The notes under the pieces: generated by a model
Told to the model about the DNA's origin: nothing
What the model saw: the letters and a program-made list of their open reading frames with translations, nothing else
Databases searched by the model: none
Translations under genes and position numbers: made by a program
Shown here: piece by piece, positions 1-9,479 of the stretch
How the letters are laid out: the number at the start of each line of letters is the position of its first letter
Numbering within the stretch: position 1 is the first letter of the stretch
Assembly (NCBI GenBank): GCA_009695285.1
Contig: SIBH01000001.1
Coordinates: 10,296-74,295, forward strand
DNA from: Pedosphaera sp.
GTDB lineage: Bacteria > Verrucomicrobiota > Verrucomicrobiia > Limisphaerales > SIBH01
DNA length: 64,000 bases
Reading direction: 5' to 3'

Positions 1-207
1 TTGATTGCGTGGTGTCGGAAAAACACGCCCGAACTGTTGCCACCGCATCTCGTCTGAGGAGGGGTGGGCTTCAACCCTTGTGCCCGACCCCACCGCATGA
101 GATCACCCGCGGCAGCCAATGTCCGCCAAGCGACGTGGGGCAGTCCCCATCTTTCCCGTTTCAAGCCCTTTTCATGGCCGGCCCGCCTTGAGGGCCGACC
201 CTGAAGG

Positions 208-2331
208 ATGGGCGCGCCGCTGCTCGCCGGAGGGATCCGGCTCGCTGCGGCGGAGGCCGAGCAGCCGCTGACAATGCCGTTTCAGGCGGCAACATTCGTG
301 TCCGACGCCGACTCGGCGGCGGCACGGGGCGGTTTCGCCGAGTTTTCGGCGAGACTGCTGTATTGGACCGACACGCCGCGCGGCGCGGTGTTACTCGCGG
401 GACAGATGCTCAAGCCCGCCCTGCTGCCCTTTATCGAGGAATGGCGCGGGCTCGCCGGAACCAGGACGCGCTGGCCGGGCCCCGGCGTCGGCGAGCGAGT
501 CCGCGTCGGCTACCGCAGCCTCGAAGGAGCGCGCTTGGCGCACCGCAACTTCGGGGTCGAAGTGTTGCTCATCCCGCCACCCGCGGTCGATGCGATCGCG
601 GGCGACACCGTGGATGTGCCAGTCATCGTCGAGAATATCCGGAATATCCCAGTGCGAGTGGACATTGCCGGGGCGGGGAAGGCAACCGAAGCCGGTTCGC
701 CCTGAACCTGGTGCTTCCCGCCGGTCATTCGCTCGGCACCTTTCTCCATCTGCAATTGCCGCGCGAGGGTCACGCCGCACTGACCGTTCAGGTGGATGGC
801 CATCAGCGGGATTTCGGTCTGGTGGTTCGGCAGCACAGGCGCGGGGCGCTGGTCGTGGAAAATTTGGATGAAGCTGGGCAGGCGACGGCGGCGCGCGTCT
901 ACCTTACTGCGACCGACCATCGTGCGCACGCACCGGCCGGCGTGATGCACCGGCTGGAGAGCGGAGAGGCCAATCAGCCGTTCGCGGGCGGCGCAGATTT
1001 TCTCGCTGCGGGTAAATTTTCCGTCGATCTGCCGGTCGGTCCGGCAGTATTGGAGATCGTCAAGGGGCTGGAATACGAGCCCGTGCGCCTGCCGGTGCAG
1101 ATCCGGGCTGGCCCGCCGGCAAACGTGACGGTCCGGTTCAAGCGACGTTGGATCCTGCAGCAGGCGGGCTGGTATTCGGGGAATGTTCATGTTCATGCGA
1201 ATCTTTTTACGCAGGACGTGATCAAACCTGCCGACGTGCTGCTCGTGGCGCAGGCGGAAGACCTCAACGTTGTGAGCATTATACCGTGCAACGATCCCCG
1301 TACAGCCACCATCAACGACGGGAAGTATTTCACGGGCGGACCCGATGCGGTCTCGACGCCCGACCGCGTCGTCGTCTTTTGCGAGGAGATGCGGAATGAC
1401 ATCTTCGGCCATGTCGGATTTCTCAACCTGAAATCCTTTGTGGAGCTGGCTTTTTTTGGCTGGCCGAACTCACCTCATCACCACGATTATCCGGGCAATT
1501 ATCCTCAGGCTGCACAAGCTCGGGTGCAGGGGGGGGTATGTCCATCCCGGTTTGTGCAGCGAGTTGCCTGTCGACATCGCTCTGGGCGTGGCGGACACGA
1601 TCGACGTGATGAGCCAGAACGCCTAGGACCAGCCGACGGCTTGGTGGTATCGGTTGCTGAACTGCGGCTTCCGATGTCCGATTTCCGCCGGCATCGATTC
1701 CTTCCTTAACTTCCCGTTGCATCTGATCCCGGGCGGCGGGCGGGTTTACGTTAAAGTCGGGGCCGCCTTCGACTACGCGCGCTGGATCGAAGCCTATCGC
1801 GCAGGCCGGAGCTTCGCCACTAACGGTCCGCTGCTGCGCTTTACCGCCGGTGGGCGCGAGCCGGGGGACGAGATCGTCGCAGCCGGCCCGCTGGAAATTG
1901 ATGTCGTCGGGGAGGCACAGTCGCATGTGCCAATGGAGGCTCTTGAAATTGGGGTAAACGGTGAGATCGTGCACCGGCAGCAGACCGGAGTGAATACCCT
2001 TTCGATCCGCATTGCGAAGAAGGTGTGGCTTGAGCGAAGCGGCTGGGTCGCCCTGCGGGCCAAGGGTCCGGGACACCGGCTGGCGCCCAACGACCGCGAG
2101 GTCATTGCAAATACCTCGCCGGTGTATTACACACAGGGCGGGCGCAAGCCGGCCTCACGGGTCGACCGCTCATTTTTCCGAGCAGATCGACGAGCTATAT
2201 CGCCAAGATGGTCTCCCGTGGCGTCTTTGCCGGGCGCCAGCAGCGCGATCAGGGCCGTATTGGCTTTCATCCTGCTTTTGAGGATCGATGGGAGTCCTGC
2301 TCGGGAAAAGTCGGCGGGAACATCGAATTGA
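208..2331 (+). pseudogene. Disrupted CehA/McbA-like (PHP-type) metallohydrolase gene
   Basis: One protein-like reading path hops frames. It runs 208-705 ORF -> 363-1709 ORF (WYSGNVHVHANLF HxH metal motif) -> 1438-1626 ORF (GGYVHPG..ELPVDIALGVADTIDVMS). An in-frame TAG follows at 1624-1626, then the 1654-2331 ORF (WYRLLNCGFRCPISAG). The tail shifts again near 2165 (FSEQIDELYRQDGLPW in the 2012-2281 frame). Family call is from motif recollection only. Confidence 0.6.
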
Positions 2332-2493
2332 TCATCGCCCAACGACTATGGGTGGCATCGTCATACCGTTACAGGAGGGAGTGATCCAGGGGATATATTG
2401 AGCTTGGGGATTGTTCAGGCCCAGCCAGGGGCAAGCTACGCGCAGGGGATCTGTCGCTACAGAGGGGGAAATGATTATTGACGTATTACTATT

Positions 2494-2513
2494 TGTATAT
2501 TCACGTGTATACA
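2494..2513. promoter_or_regulatory. Inverted repeat TGTATA-N8-TATACA enclosing CACGTG, possible operator upstream of 2574 gene
   Basis: Read directly in the AT-rich stretch 2470-2530, about 60 nt upstream of the GTG start at 2574. No promoter consensus could be placed confidently. Confidence 0.25.
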
Positions 2514-2573
2514 AGTATGTAGCATGAGAAAAATCCTTGACGAGTAGTCCGGTATACTTCACGCAACCGGTAG

Positions 2574-4112
2574 GTGAAAAATCGATATCTCATTTATGCC
2601 AGCAAGGCATGTTTTTCTTTGGCCATCCTCGGGCAGTCGTCGATAGTAGCAGCAGCGGCGAGGGAGGCCAACCCTCTAACAATTGGATCACAAAAGCAGC
2701 TCTTTATTGACGAGCGATTCATCGGCTCAAGCAACTCTGTTCGGCTAGTTTTCAATCCACCAGAGGTTCCGGTCGAGAACCTGCTGCCCAGCGATCAGGT
2801 TTGGGAGCGCGGCGGCCACAGCGTTTACAGCTCCGTTCTGCAGGATGGGAATGTCTACCGGATGTATTATTCGACCTATCCGGCAGGCGACGCCACGCAG
2901 TACCTCTGTCTGGCATTTTCCACAGATGGGGTGAATTGGACCAAACCCGACCTCGGATTGATTGAGTTCAATGGCTCAAAGCACAACAATATCGTTGGCA
3001 TAAATATATCTGGAACAGTTTTCATCGATCCCTTCGACGAACCGACCAGGCGGTACAAGATGTGGGCTATCACGCGCAAGGTTGATCCGGGCTGGGCGAT
3101 CTCGGTTGACTGGGTCGAGCGCTCCCAGTACCTGATGCAATCAGCAGACGGTGCACGCTGGGAGCGCGGCGCCGAACCGACCATGCCGTTTTACCTCGGC
3201 GCGCCGGCGCCGGTATTTTGGGACGATTCGATCGAGAAGTGGGTCGTCTATCCACGCTGCTACGAACCCGGAGAAATTCGAACCTATACGCGATACACCT
3301 TGGGCAAGCACAATCTCGCGGCGTCGCATTCTGCGCTGGAGCTTAAGCTTGAAGCCACGCGCAAACGCTCAGATCCGCTGCCTTTGGACAAGTTCCCAAT
3401 CATTTTCCGGCCAGACAAGAAGGATCCCATTGGAACGCAGATATACACCCTCGGCGCCGAGAAATATTCGTACGCCCAAGACGTCTACGTCGCGTTTCCG
3501 AGCCTGTGGTACTCTCAGCGGAAATGGTATGGAGACCAGATTGATCCGAATGCCTCGAACGACTTGGAGATGCATTTTGCGGTTTCACGCGATGGAATCA
3601 ATTGGTGGCGGCCGTTTCAGGCAGCCATTGTTCCCAAAGGACTCCCGGGTTCCGGCCGAGACGGCGATGTGTATGTCAGCGGGATGGTCCGTCACGGCGA
3701 TCAACTTTACGTCTACTACGCTGGCTGGTCTATCCAGCATCACACGGCCCGGAATCCCCGCACTACTGCGGTGGGCCGGGCGATTTTCCGGCTCGATGGC
3801 TTTGCCTCGGTCGATACTCCCCTGGAGGGGGGGGAACTGATCACGACTCCATTGATCTTTGAAGGGAATACCCTTCAACTGAATGCGCTCGCAACCGGCG
3901 CTGGATCCATCCGAGTCGAGATTCTCGATGCCGAAGGGAACCCTGTTCCCGGTCGTGGCATGGATGATAGTATGGTGGTGCGGGGAAACTCGGTTCGTCA
4001 CACGGTGAGATGGAAGGATGGCTCCGACGTTAGTACTTGGGCGGGCAAGCCGATCCGGCTGCGTTTCGTCATGCGCCAGAGTAAGCTCTTCGCTTTTCAG
4101 TTTCTGCCCTGA
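2574..4112 (+). CDS. Secreted beta-propeller glycoside-hydrolase-like protein with C-terminal beta-sandwich
   Basis: 512-aa ORF with a GTG start and a signal-like N-terminus (ACFSLAILGQSSIVAAAA). Blade-like motifs are QLFIDERFI, YRMYYS, AFSTDGVNWTKPDLG and AVSRDGINWWRP. C-terminal FRLDGFASVD...LRFVMRQSKLFAFQF. G+C is visibly lower than in neighbours, with many A/T-ending codons. The exact GH family is unknown. Confidence 0.7.
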   Translation: MKNRYLIYASKACFSLAILGQSSIVAAAAREANPLTIGSQKQLFIDERFIGSSNSVRLVFNPPEVPVENLLPSDQVWERGGHSVYSSVLQDGNVYRMYYSTYPAGDATQYLCLAFSTDGVNWTKPDLGLIEFNGSKHNNIVGINISGTVFIDPFDEPTRRYKMWAITRKVDPGWAISVDWVERSQYLMQSADGARWERGAEPTMPFYLGAPAPVFWDDSIEKWVVYPRCYEPGEIRTYTRYTLGKHNLAASHSALELKLEATRKRSDPLPLDKFPIIFRPDKKDPIGTQIYTLGAEKYSYAQDVYVAFPSLWYSQRKWYGDQIDPNASNDLEMHFAVSRDGINWWRPFQAAIVPKGLPGSGRDGDVYVSGMVRHGDQLYVYYAGWSIQHHTARNPRTTAVGRAIFRLDGFASVDTPLEGGELITTPLIFEGNTLQLNALATGAGSIRVEILDAEGNPVPGRGMDDSMVVRGNSVRHTVRWKDGSDVSTWAGKPIRLRFVMRQSKLFAFQFLP

Positions 4113-4267
4113 ATCGGCGAGGCCGAACACCATCCCCACGAGTTGAAAGAAGTGGTCTCCTTGTCCACGACTCTCACGATTCGCGCTTCCCGCAGCATGG
4201 CAGGGCGCCCACCCCGCAATCAAGGTGAGCGGGAGTCAATTCAATGACGGCAAACCCAACCAATCTG

Positions 4268-4331
4268 ATCCACGACTACCGATGCGATTCGGGCGCGATG
4301 TAGCCATGCTCGTCGGCATTCGTCCATGTTA
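4268..4331 (-). pseudogene. Distal remnant of the duplicated NagB-family deaminase gene (continues from 5474-5807 across the IS)
   Basis: The minus strand reads NMDE.ADEHGYIAPES, against NMDEYADENGRIAPES in the intact copy at 8520-9479. It contains a frameshift and a stop, and the similarity fades by about 4268. Confidence 0.5.
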
Positions 4332-5473
4332 TACCAATCTCCCTTAGCTATTACACCTTAGGGTAGAACGCCACAGCTTACTTTATCCTTGAGCCAGCCG
4401 TGCATGAGCCCCGCCACCGCAGCGGGCGTGGACCAAGGTCGGGTGGCGGCGATGATATGGTCTTCGAGCCGGCGCAAGCTGGGGTAGAGGCGGTTGGCGA
4501 CCGCCGCCTTGATCAAGCCGCCGTAGCGCTCGACTGGGTTCAGTTCCGGGCAGTAGGGCGGCAGGGCAGGAGCCGGAGGTTGCTCAGCAGGCGTGGATCA
4601 TCGAGCTGCAGATGGAAGTCGGCCTGGTCGGCGATGACCACATGCAGGGCCTGCGGATCGGAATCGGCGATCTGTTGAAGGAACAGCGCGTGGATATCGC
4701 GATCAATGGCCGGGGTGAAAAGCAATTCGGTGGCATGCGCCCCGTCGACCTCCAAGGCCTCGTGGAGGTAGCCCCATTGATACCGCGTGGCGTAAGGGGC
4801 ATGCACGCGCACGCCCCGCCGGGCCCAGACACGGCGGATCACCGGCAGCAGCCCATAACGATGCTCGTCGAGCACCCACAACCGGACCGGTCGCGCTGGC
4901 GCCGGGCCCACCACCTCCTGCAGCCGGACCGGCAACTCCGCTTTGAACTTCGCGGACTTGGCCGGATGCTTTTTCGCGTGTGCTTTGCGCGGCACCTTCA
5001 ACTTGCCGCCCAAGCGGCGCAAAACCTTCCGCACCCCGCTCGCGCTGAGCGTTTTGCGGGTGCGTTTCTTAATCCACGCTTTCGCGTCCCGCACCTGCCG
5101 GAACTGACCGGCCTCCAGTCGCTGGATAAATTCCTCCGCCACCGCCCCGCGCACCACTGGCGTCGGCCCCCCCCGCCCAATCCCGCTTCAGCAACGCCGG
5201 GACCCCGCCCGTCACCACCAGATCACGGTAGTTGAACACGCTCTTGCGACTCACGCCCGCCACCTGTGCAATTTGTTCGGTCGTCATCTGGTGCTGGGCG
5301 ATCAGCCGCACCACCAACAGGCGCTTGCGCGCCCAGTCCTCCTGGGGCTGCGCCCAGGCGGCTTCAATTTCTTTCACCAACGCTTCGCCCAAGGGCGGGA
5401 TTGTTCGTGCCATTACTCCAGCCGGTCGGTCTTCACTTCCATTGAAAGCGTAAAAGCTTGGGGCGTTTGGTAT
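4332..5473 (-). mobile_element. IS630/Tc1-mariner family insertion sequence (about 1.14 kb)
   Basis: Imperfect terminal inverted repeats: TACCAATCTCCCTTAGCT at the left end, TACCAAACGCCCCAAGCT on the complement of the right end. TA dinucleotides abut both ends (4330-4331 and 5474-5475, +-1 nt). Internal IS630-type DDE transposase. The insertion splits a gene whose uninterrupted sequence is known from the paralog at 9131-9160. Confidence 0.85.
4358..5413 (-). pseudogene. IS630-family transposase, two frame disruptions
   Basis: Three frame segments on the minus strand. The first is MARTIPPLGEALV..QIAQVAGVSRKSVFNY (HTH), ending near 5170. The second is VVRGAVAEEFIQRLEAGQF..WVLDEHRYGL..HVVIADQADFH, ending at 4540. 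The third is LPPYCPELNPVERYGGLIKAAV.., ending at TAA 4358-4360. The shifts are at an 8-G run (C8 at 5167-5174 on the plus strand) and near 4545, just before the PELNPVE catalytic-E region. Confidence 0.8.
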
Positions 5474-5807
5474 TAAACGTATGCAGCTAACGGCAGTTGA
5501 CCCGGGCGCGGTTGAGCAACGAGGCAAGCTTGGCGTAGCCGGGCCATGGGTTTGGCATTATCGCCACGAATTGCTGACCGGCATCCATGGCGGTCTTGAT
5601 CCGGAAGAACATGTCCGTGATCCAGTGGAACTCGAATTCAGCATCCGGCATTACCGTGATGCGGAAGTCGGGGTTGCGGTGCTTCGCGATGTCCACTCGT
5701 TTGATCCGGCGCACCCGGGCGATAGCCTTGGTGTCGCGAAAGGGGATGAAACTCGCCGGAGCGAACGTGAATTCAGTTGTCTTGGTTTTCATAGGTAGAA
5801 TGGCCAC
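5474..5807 (-). pseudogene. N-terminal fragment of a duplicated NagB-family deaminase gene, interrupted by IS630
   Basis: The 106-aa ORF aligns residue-for-residue with the N-terminus of the 8520-9479 product (FTFAPASF.PFRDTKA.ARVRRIKR.DI.KHRNPDFRI...LASLLNRARVNCR). TAG at 5487-5489 replaces the AAG (K) of the intact copy. LHTFN follows, then the IS junction. Confidence 0.85.
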
Positions 5808-6310
5808 CGACCCAGGTGCGGGCGGCGGTGCGGTCGTCGTTCCAGAGAACCAGGTCTGCGTCGGCGCCGGGTTCGAGCCGGCCTTTGCGGTCGAGGCCGA
5901 GGAGGCGCGCTGGGTTCAGGGTGCCCATGGCCCAGATCTCCTCTGGCGGGAGCTTGAGCCAGCGCAGGAGGTTGGCCATGCCCTGGTCCATCGTGAGCGC
6001 GCTACCCGCCAAGAAGTTCTTGGTCTCGTGGCGCGCGGCGTTTTCCGGGGAGACCTTGATGCGGTAACCCTACGGCGTGTCGTAGATGCCCGCGGGCAGA
6101 CCGGCGCCGATGTTCGAGTCGGTGATGAGGATCACGCCGGCCCAGGTCTTGACCGCGACGGCGGCGCGGGTGGCCTCGACGGCGCCGACCGGGCGCACGC
6201 CGGGATCCTTTTCGCCCGGTGGATAGAAGAGGTCACAAAAATGCGTGGCATGCACCGCTCCCGCGTTCAATCGCGGCCTCGGTCTGTTCGACATTCGCCC
6301 GCGTGCCGCC
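5773..6310 (-). pseudogene. Truncated, decayed duplicate of nagA
   Basis: ORFs 6070-6294 and 5773-6012 match the C-terminal half of the intact NagA at 9445-10635 (AGAVHATHF, ITDSNIGAGLPAGIYDTP, KNFLAGSALTMDQGMANLLRWLKLPPE). The N-terminal half is missing. There is an internal deletion (EATRAAVAVKTWAGV vs EAILADPRASVDFIADGVHVHPTAIRAAVAAKTWAGV). TAG at 6070-6072 replaces the intact copy's TGG. Confidence 0.85.
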
Positions 6311-6314
6311 GCGG

Positions 6315-7754
6315 TTAGGTTGCGGCTTTCCGGGGCAGGAGATGGGCGCCTACGATGGTGAAGGCACTGGAGACAGGGGCCACCCAGATGAACGAAACGG
6401 GGCAGGCGATGACCGCCCAGCCGGCGGCAGTGCCAAGGGCCATGCCGGTGAGCACGCCGGCCGTGCTAATGCGGTTCTTGGTCACCACCAGCACCATGCA
6501 GCCGAGCATGGGGCCGAGAAAGACGCCGAGGACGGTTTGCGAGACCTGGAATAGCGAGTCGAGCTGGGCGGTGAAGCCGCCGGCGAGGGTGGAGAGCACG
6601 CCGATGGTGATACTGACCTTCTGGCCGTAGCGGAAGAGCTCGGCGGAGGTGCGGTGACGGCCGAAGCGTGTGGTCCAGTCGTTGGTGATGGTGCCGGCGA
6701 TGGCGATGATGCCACTGGTCATGCTACTCATGGTGGCCGCCATGATGGCGGCGATGAGCAGGCCAGACACGCCGGCGGGCAGTTCGCGGGCGATGAAGTA
6801 GGCGAGGACCTGGTCGTTCTTGAGCGGAATTAAGGGATTGGGGTGGTGTTGATACCAAACCCACAGGAGCAGGCCGACGGTGACCAAGGAGATGATCACA
6901 ATGACTGCGCCCCACATGTTGACGGCGAAGGCGCGGGCGGCGGCCTGCGGCGAATCGGCGGCGAGGTAGCGTTGCAACATCATCATGTCGGCGAGGTAGG
7001 TGCCGAGGCCGCTGATGGTCAAGCCGACGAGCACGCCCCAGAAGGTGTAGGTCTCGGTGAAGTTGAAGCTGAAATCGAGGATGTGCAGCCGCCCGGCGTC
7101 ATGGAGTTCGCCGAGGATGGCGAGGGGCGAGAGGTCGAGCCGGAGAAGAATGAACCCGATGATGAAAAGCAGACTGAGAATGATGATGAGAAACTGGATG
7201 GCGTCGGTAATGATGACGCTCCGGATGCCGCCGATGGTGGTGTAGAAGGTGCAGGCAATGCCGGTGGTGAGCACGATGGGCCAGAACCAGGCCGGGCCGA
7301 GATTGGCGGAACCCATCACCACGAGGGTCGGGGCGGCCAGCATGGCGCCCATCCAGCCGATGCGCATTAAGATGAACATGGCGGAAACAGTGAGTCGGAC
7401 CGCCGGGCCGAAGCGTTGCTCGATGATGTCGTAGGGGTGCGCGCCGTTGGCCGCTAGGTAGCGGGGGAGGAACCAGAATCTCAGCACCGCCCAGGCGATG
7501 GGGATGCCGACTGCGCCGAGGATGATTTTTGCGCCGTAACCATAGGCGGTGCTGGTGTAGATGACGAAGCTGAGTCCGCTGAAGAGAGTAGCGGCGATGC
7601 TGAGGCCGACCAGGACGGTGCCGAGTTTGCTACTGAAGCCGCCTTTGCCGGTGAAGAACTCGGCAGAGTTGCTTTTCTTGCCGCGGCAGGCCAGGCCGGC
7701 CCAGACAACGGCGACGAGGTAGACGCAGATTACGAGGATATCGAGAGATCTCAT
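6315..7754 (-). CDS. Sodium:solute symporter (SSS) family transporter
   Basis: 479-aa ORF consisting almost entirely of hydrophobic helices. The N-terminal pattern ..AEFFTGKGGFS.. and the overall layout are typical of the SSS family. Confidence 0.85.
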   Translation of the reverse strand: MRSLDILVICVYLVAVVWAGLACRGKKSNSAEFFTGKGGFSSKLGTVLVGLSIAATLFSGLSFVIYTSTAYGYGAKIILGAVGIPIAWAVLRFWFLPRYLAANGAHPYDIIEQRFGPAVRLTVSAMFILMRIGWMGAMLAAPTLVVMGSANLGPAWFWPIVLTTGIACTFYTTIGGIRSVIITDAIQFLIIILSLLFIIGFILLRLDLSPLAILGELHDAGRLHILDFSFNFTETYTFWGVLVGLTISGLGTYLADMMMLQRYLAADSPQAAARAFAVNMWGAVIVIISLVTVGLLLWVWYQHHPNPLIPLKNDQVLAYFIARELPAGVSGLLIAAIMAATMSSMTSGIIAIAGTITNDWTTRFGRHRTSAELFRYGQKVSITIGVLSTLAGGFTAQLDSLFQVSQTVLGVFLGPMLGCMVLVVTKNRISTAGVLTGMALGTAAGWAVIACPVSFIWVAPVSSAFTIVGAHLLPRKAAT

Positions 7755-7838
7755 GAAGGAGGGGGAGATGCGGCGCCGGTTGGGTCAGGAAGAGGCTTGG
7801 GGCGCGGTCGGGAAGCCGCCGGGCACGTGGATGGAGGA

Positions 7839-8506
7839 CTACTCTTGTTGGCGATGGAAGTTCGGTCGGGTGAAGTGGGTGCTGGAGGAGAGGGTGAACC
7901 GACCGGCGATATCGTAATCGTAGCGGCAAAACGCGAGCCGCCAGTTTTCTCTGATGGGCTCTAGCGAAAAGGCGAGCAGGTGGGCGACGGGCAGGCGCAG
8001 GACCACGCGCCAGCCACCGTTGCGTTGTCGGACCCGGAAATCGATGAGCCGGCGAGCGTGCATGATATAACTCTCGATGCCGAATTTGCGCGGATCGCTA
8101 TCGAGTGGTGGCGCAGTTGCGGCAGGGAGCCTTTGGGGGCGATTTGAAACTCGAAGTATCTCTCGCACCCGGCGGATTGCAGGAAGAAACAAAAAGTGTC
8201 GCCAAGATCCCACATAGGCTGGTTGGCCGCGTAGGCGAAGGTGCGGACGCAGTCATCGGTCAGATCGGCGCAAACCATCAGCGTGTTGTCTGTCGCGGCA
8301 AGCCAGACGGTGCCGGGACGAAAGGCCGGTTCCCGACTCGGCAACCATGATTGTCCGAGTTGAAACCCCATCGTCTTGGGCTGGGGGCCAGACGGGGCCT
8401 GCATGAGGTTGTCTAGGCAGATGTCGTCAACCCGCGGGATCACGGGGGCGGGAAGTTTCCGCGGGTGGTTTCGTTCGGCGACTGGGACTTGAGCGAGCGC
8501 ATTCAT
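7839..8506 (-). pseudogene. Carbohydrate-binding family 9 (DOMON-like) protein gene with a frameshift near 8105
   Basis: The N-part MNALAQV...DTFCFFLQSAGCERYFEFQIAPKGSLPQLRHH lies in the 7961-8779 frame, starting at ATG 8504-8506. The C-part LDSDPRKFGIESY..WRVVLRLPVAHLL..ENWRLAFCRYDYD..HFTRPNFH lies in the 7839-8213 frame. The two halves together make one CBM9-like protein. Confidence 0.6.
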
Positions 8507-8519
8507 GGTGTTGGCGGGG

Positions 8520-9479
8520 TTAATAGCCCTTGTCCCAGCGGGTTTTGATATTGGCGGCGATGGACTCGGAAACCCAGACATCGGTGCGCAGGGTCTGCAG
8601 GATGGATTCGGGCACGCGGGGTGTGACCGGGCCGTGCAGCACAAGGCGGGAGGTGAGCCTCTGCCAGGAGGCGAATGAGCCGTCGACGGTAATCGCGTGT
8701 ATGTCGATGCGATGCTTGGCGGCGATGACTTCGGCTGGACCAATCGTGGCGGCCTTAGGCGGCACCGCGCAAAGATCACCGCTCATGCCGAAGCAGCCGT
8801 GTAGGGAATTCTGCGCAATCGTGAAGGGGCTGAGCGTGCAAACCCGCGGACCCATTTTTTTCCATTCCGCTAGTGAGCCGGCAAACTCGGGGGCGTCGGG
8901 CTCGATGAAGGCTAGGTGGCCGGTCCAGCCCGGGCCGCTGTAGCAGATGTCGGCGCCGCCGAGATCGGCGAGCATCCGGCCATAGTCCTTCAGGTTCTTG
9001 TCCGTGAAAATGCGCACCTGCTTTTCCGCCGGACGCAGCTTGGGCTCAAGTTCGGCCCAGAAGTATTTCTTAAAGGCGTGGCCGAAGCCGAATTCCCACG
9101 ACTCGGGGGCGATGCGGCCGTTCTCGTCGGCGTATTCGTCCATGTTAAAAGTGTGCAGCTTCCGGCAGTTGACGCGTGCCCGGTTGAGCAGGGAGGCAAG
9201 TTTGGCATAGCCCGGCCAAGGGTTGGGCATGATTGCCACGAACGACCGGCCGGCCTCCATGGCCGTCTTGATCCGGAAAAACATGTCCGTGATCCAGAGA
9301 AATTCCAGCTGGGCATCGGGGTGGACCGAGATGCGAAAATCAGGGTTGCGGTGCTTCGTGATGTCTTCCCGCTTGATCCGGCGGACCCGGGCAACGGCCT
9401 TGGTGTCGCGGAAGGGAACAAAGCTTGCCGGGGCAAAGGTGAATTTAGGTGGATTTTTTTTCATAGATGGAGACTCCAT
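8520..9479 (-). CDS. NagB-family sugar-phosphate deaminase/isomerase (glucosamine-6-phosphate deaminase-like)
   Basis: 319-aa ORF with TFNMDEY and GPGWTGHLAFIEPD motifs of the NagB/6-phosphogluconolactonase fold. It sits downstream of and overlaps nagA. An alternative start is Met6 at 9464. Confidence 0.75.
   Translation of the reverse strand: MESPSMKKNPPKFTFAPASFVPFRDTKAVARVRRIKREDITKHRNPDFRISVHPDAQLEFLWITDMFFRIKTAMEAGRSFVAIMPNPWPGYAKLASLLNRARVNCRKLHTFNMDEYADENGRIAPESWEFGFGHAFKKYFWAELEPKLRPAEKQVRIFTDKNLKDYGRMLADLGGADICYSGPGWTGHLAFIEPDAPEFAGSLAEWKKMGPRVCTLSPFTIAQNSLHGCFGMSGDLCAVPPKAATIGPAEVIAAKHRIDIHAITVDGSFASWQRLTSRLVLHGPVTPRVPESILQTLRTDVWVSESIAANIKTRWDKGY

Noticed and set aside
9-191. 60-aa ORF at the window edge.
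   Set aside because: It is short with no motif or start context, and lies in what is probably the upstream region of the decayed hydrolase gene.
2537-2560. TTGACG ... TATACT hexamers upstream of the 2574 gene, considered as a sigma-70 promoter.
   Set aside because: The spacing between the hexamers is only about 12 nt, far from the 16-18 nt expected. It is not reported as a promoter.
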